Of a DNA stretch of 64,000 bases, positions 37,294-46,521 are shown in pieces (positions within the stretch are counted from its first letter, which is position 1; each line of letters starts with the position of its first letter). A program made the position numbers and the translations under genes. Source of the stretch: Pseudomonadota bacterium (GTDB lineage Bacteria > Pseudomonadota > Alphaproteobacteria > Rickettsiales > UBA8987); contig JBEHXK010000002.1 in assembly GCA_048498735.1 (NCBI GenBank), positions 28,057 through 92,056 of the forward strand. Reading direction: 5' to 3'. The notes beneath the pieces were generated by a model. The model was not told where the DNA came from, searched no databases, and saw only the letters and a list, made by a program, of their open reading frames with translations.

Positions 37294-37638
37294 ATGAACA
37301 AGCTTGATGAAGCAAAATTAAATCTGAAAAAAACCGTTGAAAGGCTCGAAAAAGCCATTGATAAGAAACTCGTTCACTCACTTAATACCCCTGCAATCGA
37401 AGTCATGAACAAGGTCAAAAGCCTGCAGGAAGAGGTTGGCCGCCTATCCACAGAGGTAGATGATAAAAAGGATGAGATCACCTATCTTCGTGAACAGAAT
37501 GCCGAATTACAGGCAAAAGTAGGTGAGGAACAGCACAAATCTTTCCAGATGGAAAGCAAAAATCGAGAAACAGCGGCAAAAATAGATCAGGTGATCGGCA
37601 AAGTGCAGACATATCTGGTCGATAAAGGACTTATATAG
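37294..37638 (+). CDS. coiled-coil protein upstream of zapA (ZauP/DUF4164-like)
   Basis: 114 aa, strongly heptad-like and charged. The position directly upstream of zapA, overlapping its start, matches the arrangement described in Caulobacter. Sequence similarity was not verified. Confidence 0.4.
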   Translation: MNKLDEAKLNLKKTVERLEKAIDKKLVHSLNTPAIEVMNKVKSLQEEVGRLSTEVDDKKDEITYLREQNAELQAKVGEEQHKSFQMESKNRETAAKIDQVIGKVQTYLVDKGLI

Positions 37639-37958
37639 TGGGCATCATAAACGTAAAGGTCGGCAGTCGCGCATATCAGCTTGCCTGTGAAGATGGCCAG
37701 GAAAATAACCTGCTTGCCACTGCCGAGGAGATCAGCGAAAAGTTCGATAATCTTTCCCGTCAGATGCGCACTGGTAATGAACCGCTATTACTTCTTATGA
37801 CGGCCATTATGGTGCAGGATGAGTTCAACGAATATAAACGTAAATATGAACTTTCTACTGATAAGGGGAAGGCAAAACGTGATGACGAGATATCAACCGT
37901 TCTTAACACCATTTCCGGATATTTAGAAAACCTGATCGATAAAATCGAAAAAGACTAA
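37638..37958 (+). CDS. zapA: cell division protein ZapA
   Basis: 106 aa. 'VKVGSRAYQLACEDGQENNLLATAEEISEKFDNL' and 'LLLLMTAIMVQDE' fit the ZapA pattern. GTG start overlaps the upstream stop. Confidence 0.75.
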   Translation: MGIINVKVGSRAYQLACEDGQENNLLATAEEISEKFDNLSRQMRTGNEPLLLLMTAIMVQDEFNEYKRKYELSTDKGKAKRDDEISTVLNTISGYLENLIDKIEKD

Positions 37959-38432
37959 TTAATTTTTCTTGAAGTAATTATAAGCTATTCCGCCGATACC
38001 GAATAGAAGTATACCAATCCCACCAAGGCCTTGCGTAGTTGGGTCATCAGTTTTACCAATATCAAGCAACGAGTTCCCAGGATTCACGGATGAATAGCGA
38101 ACATATCGATTCGTGCCTGGTTGAATTGTAGTATAGATGCTATAATCAACCTTATTCTCAGAATTATAGATATTGTGATTGCCATCAGCGAAGCGATATT
38201 TCAGATAATAATATGTTGTATGGCTGTGCCTCTGGCTGACATATTGTGAGAATTTATCAGTGATCTGAGCGATGGTTTGAACGCCGTGATCTTGCAGGTC
38301 TTTCTGCTTTTTGTAGGCGCTGAATGCCTGATAATCAAACAACAGACTTAAGAAAATAAAAACCAGAAAAACAAGATTGTTCTTAGAGAAAACGCTCTGA
38401 GAAAAAGTTTTTTGGTTTGTTTCTATATTCAT
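37959..38432 (-). CDS. hypothetical two-TM membrane protein (DUF3592-like architecture)
   Basis: 157 aa: an N-terminal TM helix, a beta-rich Tyr/Asn-rich middle, and a C-terminal Gly-rich TM helix ('GLGGIGILLFGIGGIAY'). Start overlaps the hom stop by 1 nt. Confidence 0.4.
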   Translation of the reverse strand: MNIETNQKTFSQSVFSKNNLVFLVFIFLSLLFDYQAFSAYKKQKDLQDHGVQTIAQITDKFSQYVSQRHSHTTYYYLKYRFADGNHNIYNSENKVDYSIYTTIQPGTNRYVRYSSVNPGNSLLDIGKTDDPTTQGLGGIGILLFGIGGIAYNYFKKN

Positions 38433-39718
38433 TATTCCTCAACCCTGATGAAAGCCGGCTCTGTAACTATGTAAGCCTGTTTCGCAATTTCAGCCAATGA
38501 CTTCTTAATATTCTTCTCATTAACCTTATGGGTTATCATAACTATATAAGCGCTGCCTTTTTTGTCGGCATCCTGGTGGATCTTTTCAAAGCCGACCTTA
38601 TTGTTGCTCAATATCGATGCGATTGATGAAAGCACGCCATCAGTATCTTTCACCGAAAAGCGCAGATAATATTCACTTTCATGCTCATCGATCTTGGCAA
38701 ACTTGCCCGCTTTCAGATCAGCAGCATTCAACACGAACGGCTTAATGAATTTGCCATTTGCGATATCAATAATATCAGCAACCACTGCAGAAGCAGTTGG
38801 AAGCTGGCCTGCGCCTGCGCCTGTGAAAAGCACATCACCAAGATGATCACATTTTATTTTTACTGCACCAAGCACGCCGTTTATGTTGGCGATATCTTTT
38901 GAAGCTTCAATAACGCATGGGTGAACGCGTTGTTCAACTTCACCTTTGCTATTCAACTCAGCAATTGCTAGAAGTTTTATTTTATAGCCAAGCAGATTGG
39001 CATAATTGATATCTTCCGCAGTGATGGCAGTTATGCCCTCAATATAAGTTGCAGGGAATTCTGGTTTGATGCCAAAAGCAAGCGATGAAAGAATCACCAG
39101 TTTATGCGCAGCATCTATGCCATCAATATCAAAGCTTGGGTCTGCCTCGGCATAGCCAAGGGTTTGCGCTTCTTTCAGCACGGTTGCAAATTCAAGTTTT
39201 TCCTTATCCATTTTGGAAAGGATGAAATTGCATGTGCCATTAAGGATGCCCATAACTTTCAAAATTTTATTAGCCGCCAGTCCTTCCTTTATCGCCTTTA
39301 TCACAGGAATTCCGCCTGCAACTGAAGCTTCAAACTGCAGTGCAAGATTTTTGCTTTCAGCAATTTTTGAAAGTTCAATGCCGCTTTTTGCGATCAGTGC
39401 CTTATTCGCAGTGACCACATGCTTGCCATTCTCAAGCGATTTTTTAACCAGTTCCGCCGCCACGCCTTCTGCGCCACCGATAAGTTCAATGATGATATCA
39501 ATATCCTTATCGCTTGCCATATCGACAGCATTATCATACCACCTGATCTTATCGAACGGAAGACCACGATCTTTATTTTTATTGCGTGCGGAAACTGCTA
39601 CAACCTCTATATTTTGGCCGGTTTTGTGCGCGAAGAGATCTTTTTTCTCAGATAGAATTTTATATACGCCCTGACCAACTGTTCCCAGGCCCGCTATGCC
39701 AACTTTTAATGATTTCAT
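38432..39718 (-). CDS. hom: homoserine dehydrogenase
   Basis: 428 aa with 'VGIAGLGTVGQGV', 'VVTANKALIA', 'ILNGTCNFIL', 'GYAEADPSFDIDGIDAAHKL' and a C-terminal ACT domain. Confidence 0.92.
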   Translation of the reverse strand: MKSLKVGIAGLGTVGQGVYKILSEKKDLFAHKTGQNIEVVAVSARNKNKDRGLPFDKIRWYDNAVDMASDKDIDIIIELIGGAEGVAAELVKKSLENGKHVVTANKALIAKSGIELSKIAESKNLALQFEASVAGGIPVIKAIKEGLAANKILKVMGILNGTCNFILSKMDKEKLEFATVLKEAQTLGYAEADPSFDIDGIDAAHKLVILSSLAFGIKPEFPATYIEGITAITAEDINYANLLGYKIKLLAIAELNSKGEVEQRVHPCVIEASKDIANINGVLGAVKIKCDHLGDVLFTGAGAGQLPTASAVVADIIDIANGKFIKPFVLNAADLKAGKFAKIDEHESEYYLRFSVKDTDGVLSSIASILSNNKVGFEKIHQDADKKGSAYIVMITHKVNEKNIKKSLAEIAKQAYIVTEPAFIRVEE

Positions 39719-39730
39719 ATTATTACTTTA

Positions 39731-40510
39731 TTATACTGCTTTTTTAATCAGGCCTGACTTCGGTGATGAGGCATCGCCGAAATCTTTTTTCGCCATGCGG
39801 CCAGCCAAAAAGGCTTTGCGGCCAGCTTCAACGGCAAGCTTCATTGCTTCGGCCATCAAAATTGGGTCTTTCGCTTCAGCGATCGCGGTGTTCACAAGCA
39901 CAGCATCGCAGCCCATTTCCATCGCCTGTGCTGCTTCAGAAGGCACACCAACGCCTGCATCAACCAGTACCGGAACTTTTGATTGTTCGATGATGAATTT
40001 TATATTCAGTGGATTTTGTATACCAAGGCCAGAGCCAATTGGCGCGCCTAAAGGCATGATGGCACAGCAGCCGATCTCTTCCAAACGTTTTGCAACTATC
40101 GGATCATCAGTTGTATAGACCATGACCTCAAAGCCATCTTTGATAAGGATCTCAGCAGCGCGAACAGTTTCGATCACGTTCGGATATAAGGTTTTTTGAT
40201 CAGCAAGAACTTCGAGCTTTACGAGGTTCCAGCCGCCAGCTTCGCGCGCAAGGCGAAGGGTGCGTATGGCATCTTCAGCGGTGAAGCAGCCGGCCGTGTT
40301 CGGCAGATAAGTATATTTTTTCGGATCAATATAATCTTGCAGCATCGGTGCGCCTTTTTCGTGAATATTCACACGGCGAACAGCCACGGTTACAATCTCA
40401 GCGCCGCTTGCAACAACGGCAGCAGCATTCTGCTCGAGGCTTTTATATTTGCCGGTTCCAACCAGCAAACGCGAGGTGAATTCCCTTCCTGCAACTTTGA
40501 ATTTATCCAT
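39731..40510 (-). CDS. thiG: thiazole synthase
   Basis: 259 aa with '[10 protein letters not shown]', '[22 protein letters not shown]', '[14 protein letters not shown]' and '[29 protein letters not shown]'. Confidence 0.93.
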   Translation of the reverse strand: MDKFKVAGREFTSRLLVGTGKYKSLEQNAAAVVASGAEIVTVAVRRVNIHEKGAPMLQDYIDPKKYTYLPNTAGCFTAEDAIRTLRLAREAGGWNLVKLEVLADQKTLYPNVIETVRAAEILIKDGFEVMVYTTDDPIVAKRLEEIGCCAIMPLGAPIGSGLGIQNPLNIKFIIEQSKVPVLVDAGVGVPSEAAQAMEMGCDAVLVNTAIAEAKDPILMAEAMKLAVEAGRKAFLAGRMAKKDFGDASSPKSGLIKKAV

Positions 40511-40566
40511 AAGTTTTACCAGAGTTTATAAGTGAGTGGGAAGATAGAGTATAACGGGATTTTTGT

Positions 40567-41361
40567 CTAGCTTATCAGCAGCTTTCTTGTCGCCTTTTCA
40601 ACATCCGGCTGGGACATTAAACTTTCGCCGACCAGAAATGCCTGGAAGCCTGCCTGCATCATCTGTTTGATATCAGCGTGGCTTTTAATGCCGCTCTCGC
40701 AAACTTTCACATAATCATCGGGGATCTGTTTCACCAGTTTTTTACCGGTATCAAGGCTTACTTCCATGGTTTTCAGGTTGCGGTTATTGATGCCGATGAG
40801 CTTGGATTTCATCTGCAGCGCGATATCAAGTTCCTGCTGATCATGCACTTCGATAAGCACATCAAGGCCCAGGTCATGCGCGACTTTTTCGAGTTCAAGC
40901 GCCTGACCTTTCTCAAGTGCGGCGATTATAAGCAGGATGCAATCTGCGCCAAGTGAGCGCGATTCATATATCTGGTATGGATCAAGCATGAAATCTTTGC
41001 GGATTATCGGCAGGGCGATATCACGACGAATCTGCGTGAGGTATTCATTCTTGCCGCCGAAATACTTTTCATCGGTCAATATCGAAACACAGGCAGCGCC
41101 GGCATTTTCATAGGCGCGGGCGATCTCAAGATGGTTAAAATCTTCGCGGATCATGCCCTTGCTTGGGCTTTTGCGTTTTACTTCTGCTATAAGTGCAGGC
41201 TTATTCTCAGCAGCTTTTTTCTTAATGGCTTCGATGAAACCTTTAGGTTTGCTGGCTTTTTTACGCGCCAACGCCTCAACGAACACCGGAGCCAGGAATT
41301 CCTTAGCAGCGGCGATCTCTTTAAGTTTATTCTCGCAAATTTCTTTTAAAACATCAGACAT
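40567..41361 (-). CDS. trpC: indole-3-glycerol phosphate synthase
   Basis: 264 aa with 'LIAEVKRKSPSKG', 'SILTDEKYFGG', 'IRKDFMLDPYQIYESR' and 'IGINNRNL'. Confidence 0.92.
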   Translation of the reverse strand: MSDVLKEICENKLKEIAAAKEFLAPVFVEALARKKASKPKGFIEAIKKKAAENKPALIAEVKRKSPSKGMIREDFNHLEIARAYENAGAACVSILTDEKYFGGKNEYLTQIRRDIALPIIRKDFMLDPYQIYESRSLGADCILLIIAALEKGQALELEKVAHDLGLDVLIEVHDQQELDIALQMKSKLIGINNRNLKTMEVSLDTGKKLVKQIPDDYVKVCESGIKSHADIKQMMQAGFQAFLVGESLMSQPDVEKATRKLLIS

Positions 41362-41410
41362 AATAAACGCTTAAATCAGGGAAAAAGGCTGAACTGTCAA
41401 TAAATATCGC

Positions 41411-41908
41411 TTACCTGCGGACATCTTCACCCCATTCCTCAAGCAGATCCTGCTGGAAGCGCTCCATGCGGCGGATGAGGTATTTCGAGCGGATCTCAAG
41501 GAAAATCAGGGTGATCTTTGGGATCATGAAAACCACGATCCAGCCGAAGATGGCAAAGCCATATATAAGTAGCCAGGTGTTTGGATTATTCAGGATCGCC
41601 ATGGCAGTGGAGTTTGGTGAACCTGTTGAAACCAAGGCAATTATTGATGGGAACATGCCGGTGATGTTAAAGGCCGCCACGGTTTTAGAGGCGAATCGGC
41701 CAGGTTTTTTATCCCAAACGATCGAGATCAGCATCGGCATAAGGGCGATTAGGGTGAACATGAAGACATATTTCATTTGCAGCCAGATAAAGGCAATGCC
41801 AAGGATGGTGCTGAAGATGGAAATGAAAATAAGGTTTTTTATCAGGCTTTTGAGCCTTTTCTGGCGTAAAGCAACCAGCCTTTCTTTGATAGTGCTTGAT
41901 TCTGCCAT
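41411..41908 (-). CDS. hypothetical four-TM membrane protein
   Basis: 165 aa with four hydrophobic segments. No family recognised. Confidence 0.45.
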   Translation of the reverse strand: MAESSTIKERLVALRQKRLKSLIKNLIFISIFSTILGIAFIWLQMKYVFMFTLIALMPMLISIVWDKKPGRFASKTVAAFNITGMFPSIIALVSTGSPNSTAMAILNNPNTWLLIYGFAIFGWIVVFMIPKITLIFLEIRSKYLIRRMERFQQDLLEEWGEDVRR

Positions 41909-41998
41909 AAATACAGCTAATAGATTTGGGAGTTCTATAGTATAATAATTTTACTATTTTACGTATATAACTAATATTTAGCAAATTATTTGGTTTTC

Positions 41999-43723
41999 AT
42001 GCATAAGAGATTGTTTAAATTTTTCCTATTGATTGCCTTAATCTCAACGCCGGTTCTTTCAGAAGAAGCAAATAAGGCTGAAAATGTTAAGGAAAATGTT
42101 CCTGAGATAAAAAATCTTCCGGCAGAGGTAAAACCTAAAGGCACGGCCATTTCCAAGCTGCTTAATTCAGGTGGAGAATTAATAGTTGCGAACAATATTC
42201 TTGCGAAAGATGTGCTGAAACAGATCTATGAACCGAAAGGTTACAAGACTTTATATTTCACTGATAATGCACCTAATGCGAATTATGAAAAGGCGATGAA
42301 CTTTTTGTCGCTTGCTGATGAAAATGGCCTGAGCCGCCAGTTTTTTGATCTTAATCCAATTCTTGAGCGCGTTAATAATAAAGAGAAGGATAAGATCACT
42401 GATGAGTATATCGCGCAGACCGATCTGTTGATCACACACTTCATTGTGCAGATGATAGTTGAGATTGGTAATGGCCATAAAATTCCTGATGAGCTGCAAT
42501 TACAAACATTCTTCAAACGTCCGGTTAGGGTGGTAAGCGCACCGAAAGCGTTCAATGAATTCCTCGAAGCTGATGATACGGAAAAACTGATAGAGAAATA
42601 TTCGCCGAAAAATCCGCAATACGCATTGCTGAAAAAAGCGCTGCAGAAAGAAATCAAAGAAGCTGGCAACAGGGATTATGCCAAGATCGATTATGATGGT
42701 GATGTGAAACCTGGTGAGAAGAACCGCGTTATTCCTGATATCCGTGCAAAGATCGATCCGGCCAGCACTGCTTTCGGTAAACCAAAACTATATGATGACA
42801 GGCTTGCAGGCAGAGTTGCTGAACTGCAGCGCAAATTCAATATGGAAGATGACGATGCTGTTATCACGAAACAGTTCATCGAATTTTTAAATGCATATGA
42901 CAATAACGATATATATCGTCTGAAAGCGAACATGGAACGTTATCGCTGGTTGCCTGATAAAATGGAAGATAACCATCTGGAAGTTAATCTGCCTTCATAT
43001 AGGCTTTATGCTTATCGTGGCGGCAAGGAAGATTTCAACATGGGAACCATTGTGGGCAAGGATGCGCATAAAACGCCTATCATGAGCACAGTGATGACGC
43101 AGTTCGTGCTGAACCCATATTGGAACGTGCCGAAAGAATATAGCCTTCGCAACATGGTACCATTATTGAAACAAAGCCCTGATTATATCGAGAAGCAGAA
43201 TTTTGAACTTCTGGCGAATGGCCCTGAAGGCTGGCATAAGATCAAGCAAAGCGATGTTGACTGGAACAGCGTAAACAAAGATAACTATCACTATCAACTT
43301 CGCCAATTGCCGGGAAATATCAACGTGCTTGGGCCGATCAAGTTCGTGATCTCTAACCCATATGATATTTATCTGCACTCAACTTCTGAGCCTTGGCTGT
43401 TCACAAATGATTCGCGCGGATATAGCTCCGGTTGTATCAGGGTTGAAGACCCAACCAAACTTGCGAAATATGTTATCGATATCGGTGGCGCAGCAATAAC
43501 CCAGCCGAAATTCAATGAGCTTTATAAGGCTTATTATTCAAAAGATGGCAGACCGCTTGCGCAGAAACCTGAGATGAATGATCGTTGGATAAAACTGAAA
43601 AATCCGATCCCGATCTATATAACTTATGTTTCAGTTATCGCAAATGATGATGGTTCAGTTGAAGAAGCAAATGACATTTACGATCTTGACCTAAAAATGT
43701 CAGAAGCACTAAAATTACAATAA
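41999..43723 (+). CDS. L,D-transpeptidase family protein (YcbB/LdtD-like)
   Basis: Signal peptide 'FFLLIALISTPVLS'. The C-terminal YkuD domain carries the catalytic 'HSTSEPWLF...SSGCIRVEDP'. ATG 41999 is preferred over the track's TTG 41990. Confidence 0.85.
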   Translation: MHKRLFKFFLLIALISTPVLSEEANKAENVKENVPEIKNLPAEVKPKGTAISKLLNSGGELIVANNILAKDVLKQIYEPKGYKTLYFTDNAPNANYEKAMNFLSLADENGLSRQFFDLNPILERVNNKEKDKITDEYIAQTDLLITHFIVQMIVEIGNGHKIPDELQLQTFFKRPVRVVSAPKAFNEFLEADDTEKLIEKYSPKNPQYALLKKALQKEIKEAGNRDYAKIDYDGDVKPGEKNRVIPDIRAKIDPASTAFGKPKLYDDRLAGRVAELQRKFNMEDDDAVITKQFIEFLNAYDNNDIYRLKANMERYRWLPDKMEDNHLEVNLPSYRLYAYRGGKEDFNMGTIVGKDAHKTPIMSTVMTQFVLNPYWNVPKEYSLRNMVPLLKQSPDYIEKQNFELLANGPEGWHKIKQSDVDWNSVNKDNYHYQLRQLPGNINVLGPIKFVISNPYDIYLHSTSEPWLFTNDSRGYSSGCIRVEDPTKLAKYVIDIGGAAITQPKFNELYKAYYSKDGRPLAQKPEMNDRWIKLKNPIPIYITYVSVIANDDGSVEEANDIYDLDLKMSEALKLQ

Positions 43724-43922
43724 GCCCGAAATAAATCTGGTTATCGGCAAAAATGCCAGTCATTGATTTTAGGCGGTTTTTTCTTTGCATTTATACATCG
43801 GTTTTAGCTTAATATATTGAATAATATATATTATTCTACGTCTCATGTTCTTGCGATATTTTCCTCATTTTAGCCCAATTACTTCCTTGGCAAGGGGTGG
43901 TTTCTGATATATATTCTAACTC

Positions 43923-44400
43923 CACCAGATGGCTGGACGGCTACTTGGAAACTAGCAATAGGGTTCAAGAGGAAAGTCCGGGCTCCACAAGGAAAGGAGC
44001 CGGTTAACAACCGGTCGGAGTGATCCGAAGGAAAGTGGTACAGAGAATGAACCGCTTAAAGGCAATAAACTAAGACTTCTTTAGTTGGTTGGTTATTAAC
44101 GAAAAGAAATTTGCGATTAAGTTTGTAAATGTTTTTTGTTTATTGTCTTTGAGTAAGGGTGAAAAGGCGAGGTAAGAGCTCACCGCATCTATAGTAATAT
44201 AGATGGCACACAAAACCCCTCCTGGAGCAAGACCAAATAGGGATATTTCAGAACGCTTGCGTTCTAAGCTTATTCTTGAGCTTTTGTTAAAAAGAAATAT
44301 TCGGGTAGGTCGCTTGATAAGTTATGGTAACATAACTTTTAGATGAATGGCTGTCATCTTCGCAAGAAGAAACAGAACCCGGCTTATAGGCCATCTGGTG
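43923..44400 (+). ncRNA. rnpB: RNase P RNA, bacterial type A
   Basis: P1 pairs 'caccagatggc' (43923..43933) with 'gccatctggtg' (44390..44400). Universally conserved blocks are present: 'GAGGAAAGUCCGGGCUCCACA', 'GUAAGGGUGAAAAGGCGAGGUAAGAGCUCACC', 'GGAGCAAGACCAAAUAGGGA', 'CGGGUAGGUCGCUUGA' and 'ACAGAACCCGGCUUAUAGGCC'. Confidence 0.9.
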
Positions 44401-44457
44401 ATTTCACGACAAAAACTCTGATAAAATCATTTTAGTTCCCCACATCAATATAATTTA

Positions 44458-45216
44458 ATGTTCCATAAATGGCAGATTATTGCTAATAGTGCCTTAATGA
44501 ATTTAAGAAAATTCCTACATAAAACATTAGTAAATAAGTTCCTGATCTATTTCGCCGCGGCGATAATATATATTCTGAGCTGGATGATATTTCTAAGCTG
44601 TCGCAAGGAAGTTATTCGCACGCGTGAGATCGAAGATTATGAGCGTTCGTCCAAGCCTATGATCTATGCTTTCTGGCATGGGCGGATGTTTCCTACGGCT
44701 TTCCTGAGGCCAAAGCACCGAAAGATTTATACTGTTATATCACTTCATGGTGATGGTGAGCTTATAACTGCGGTGCTGAAATTATTTGGAATCTCTGCGG
44801 TGCGGGGTTCGACCGATCGCGCAAAAAGCGAAAAGAAAACTTCTAAAAATCGTGGCGGCAGCAGGGTTATCAGGGAATCAATCCGTGTGCTTGAAACCGG
44901 TTATGATATCGCAGTTACGCCCGATGGACCAAGGGGGCCGCGTTTTGTGTTCAAACCAAATTTTGTAAAAGTTGCAGCAACTGCGAAAGCGCCGATCTTC
45001 CCAGTGACATATTCTGCGAGCCGTGCGTGGGTTTTCAAAAGCTGGGATCGCTTCATGTTGCCAAAGCCTTTTTCCAAGATCAAACTTGTTTATGGCAAGC
45101 CGGTATATCTGCCGGAGATAAATGAATATGACGCAGAAGCATATGGAAAACAGATAGAAAAAACCCTAAATGATTTAACTTTTGCGTTAGACGCAAAATA
45201 TAATATTCTGCTTTAG
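44458..45216 (+). CDS. DUF374 (lysophospholipid acyltransferase-like) protein upstream of waaA
   Basis: 252 aa with an N-terminal TM helix. 'FWHGRMF' and 'SLHGDGELI' are typical of the DUF374 proteins that commonly precede waaA. The start is uncertain; the Met at 44497 is also possible. Confidence 0.7.
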   Translation: MFHKWQIIANSALMNLRKFLHKTLVNKFLIYFAAAIIYILSWMIFLSCRKEVIRTREIEDYERSSKPMIYAFWHGRMFPTAFLRPKHRKIYTVISLHGDGELITAVLKLFGISAVRGSTDRAKSEKKTSKNRGGSRVIRESIRVLETGYDIAVTPDGPRGPRFVFKPNFVKVAATAKAPIFPVTYSASRAWVFKSWDRFMLPKPFSKIKLVYGKPVYLPEINEYDAEAYGKQIEKTLNDLTFALDAKYNILL

Positions 45217-45231
45217 TAATATTTAGTTGAT

Positions 45232-46521
45232 ATGAGCCTGAACCTCTATCGCATAGCGCAAAGCGCATTATCGCCGGTCATCAGCCTTTATCTGGGCTAT
45301 CGTAAGATCATTGGCAAGGAAGATGTTGAACGTTTCAATGAGCGCCTTGGCCATGTGCTGACACCGCGCCCAGGTGGCGGGTTGTTGTGGGCGCATGCAG
45401 CATCGGTGGGCGAGGCGGTTTCGATTATTCCGCTATTGAAAATGATCGAGGATAAATATCCGCATCTGCATATTCTGGTGACAACGGGCACGGTGACTTC
45501 AGCAAAATTAATGCAGAAAAAACTGCCGAAAGAGATCGTTCACCAGTTCGTTCCGGTCGATATGCTCGGCGCGGTGAGAAGGTTTTTAAACCACTGGCGG
45601 CCTGATATTGCGCTATGGGTGGAATCGGAGTTATGGCCGAACCTGATATGCGAAACGGCATCTTCCGGCTGCCCGATAATTCTGGTGAATGCGCGCATGT
45701 CGCTCAACTCGCTGACGAAATGGAAAAGATATAAATCACTCGCCGGCAGAATATTTGGCTGCTTTGCAATGTGCCTGGCACAAAGTGAAGAAGAGGCGGA
45801 ACGATTCAGGGAAGCGGGTGTTAACAATACATTTGCGATCGGGAATTTGAAATATGAATCTCCACCACTGCCATCTGACCCTGAAGAAATGACCAGGCTG
45901 GTGAAGATGATAGGCGGCAGACATACATGGGCAGCAGCTTCCACCAGCGAAGGTGAGGAGGAGATAGCCGGACGCATACATGAACATTTGAAAAAAGATG
46001 TGAATGATCTGCTCACAATTATAGTGCCGCGTCACCCGGAGCGTGGTGGAGAAATAAAAAGAATGCTAAGCGCGAAAGGATTAAAAGTTGCGTTGCGCAG
46101 TGATAAGGATGAGATCACGCCGGAAACTGATATTTATCTTGCTGATACAATCGGTGAGCTCGGGATTTTTTATCGCCTGACAAGCATTGTGTTTATGGGC
46201 GGTTCGCTTGTGCCACATGGTGGCCAGAACCCGCTTGAACCTGCGCGCCTTGATTGCGCGATCATCAGCGGTGATAATATAAAAAACTTCAAGGAAGTTT
46301 ATAGCGAGATGGCAGCAAGCGATGCAGTTATCATGGTTGAAAATGAAACCCAGCTTTTGAACGATGTTGAAGCGCTGATGAAAAACCAGGATACGGTTGA
46401 GAAGATGGTGCAGAATGCTTCAATGTTCGTGCGCAGTAAGAGCGGAATTCTTGATAAATATATGTCTGCACTGCAGCCTTATTTAAAACCATTTGAGAAA
46501 TATGTTGCAGAAAATTCTTAA
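45232..46521 (+). CDS. waaA: 3-deoxy-D-manno-octulosonic acid (Kdo) transferase
   Basis: 429 aa with 'LWAHAASVGEA', 'LVTTGTVTS', 'PRHPERG' and 'GGSLVPHGGQNPLEPA'. Confidence 0.9.
   Translation: MSLNLYRIAQSALSPVISLYLGYRKIIGKEDVERFNERLGHVLTPRPGGGLLWAHAASVGEAVSIIPLLKMIEDKYPHLHILVTTGTVTSAKLMQKKLPKEIVHQFVPVDMLGAVRRFLNHWRPDIALWVESELWPNLICETASSGCPIILVNARMSLNSLTKWKRYKSLAGRIFGCFAMCLAQSEEEAERFREAGVNNTFAIGNLKYESPPLPSDPEEMTRLVKMIGGRHTWAAASTSEGEEEIAGRIHEHLKKDVNDLLTIIVPRHPERGGEIKRMLSAKGLKVALRSDKDEITPETDIYLADTIGELGIFYRLTSIVFMGGSLVPHGGQNPLEPARLDCAIISGDNIKNFKEVYSEMAASDAVIMVENETQLLNDVEALMKNQDTVEKMVQNASMFVRSKSGILDKYMSALQPYLKPFEKYVAENS

Noticed and set aside
37959-38060. Looked for a 6S RNA (ssrS) downstream of zapA, as in the zapA-ssrS arrangement of other proteobacteria
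   Set aside because: A convergent protein-coding ORF ends exactly at the zapA stop, leaving no free sequence. No 6S-like long bulged hairpin was seen.
40511-40566. Looked for a TPP riboswitch or thiS upstream of thiG
   Set aside because: The spacer is 56 nt, too short for either, and contains no conserved 'CUGAGA' THI-box core.
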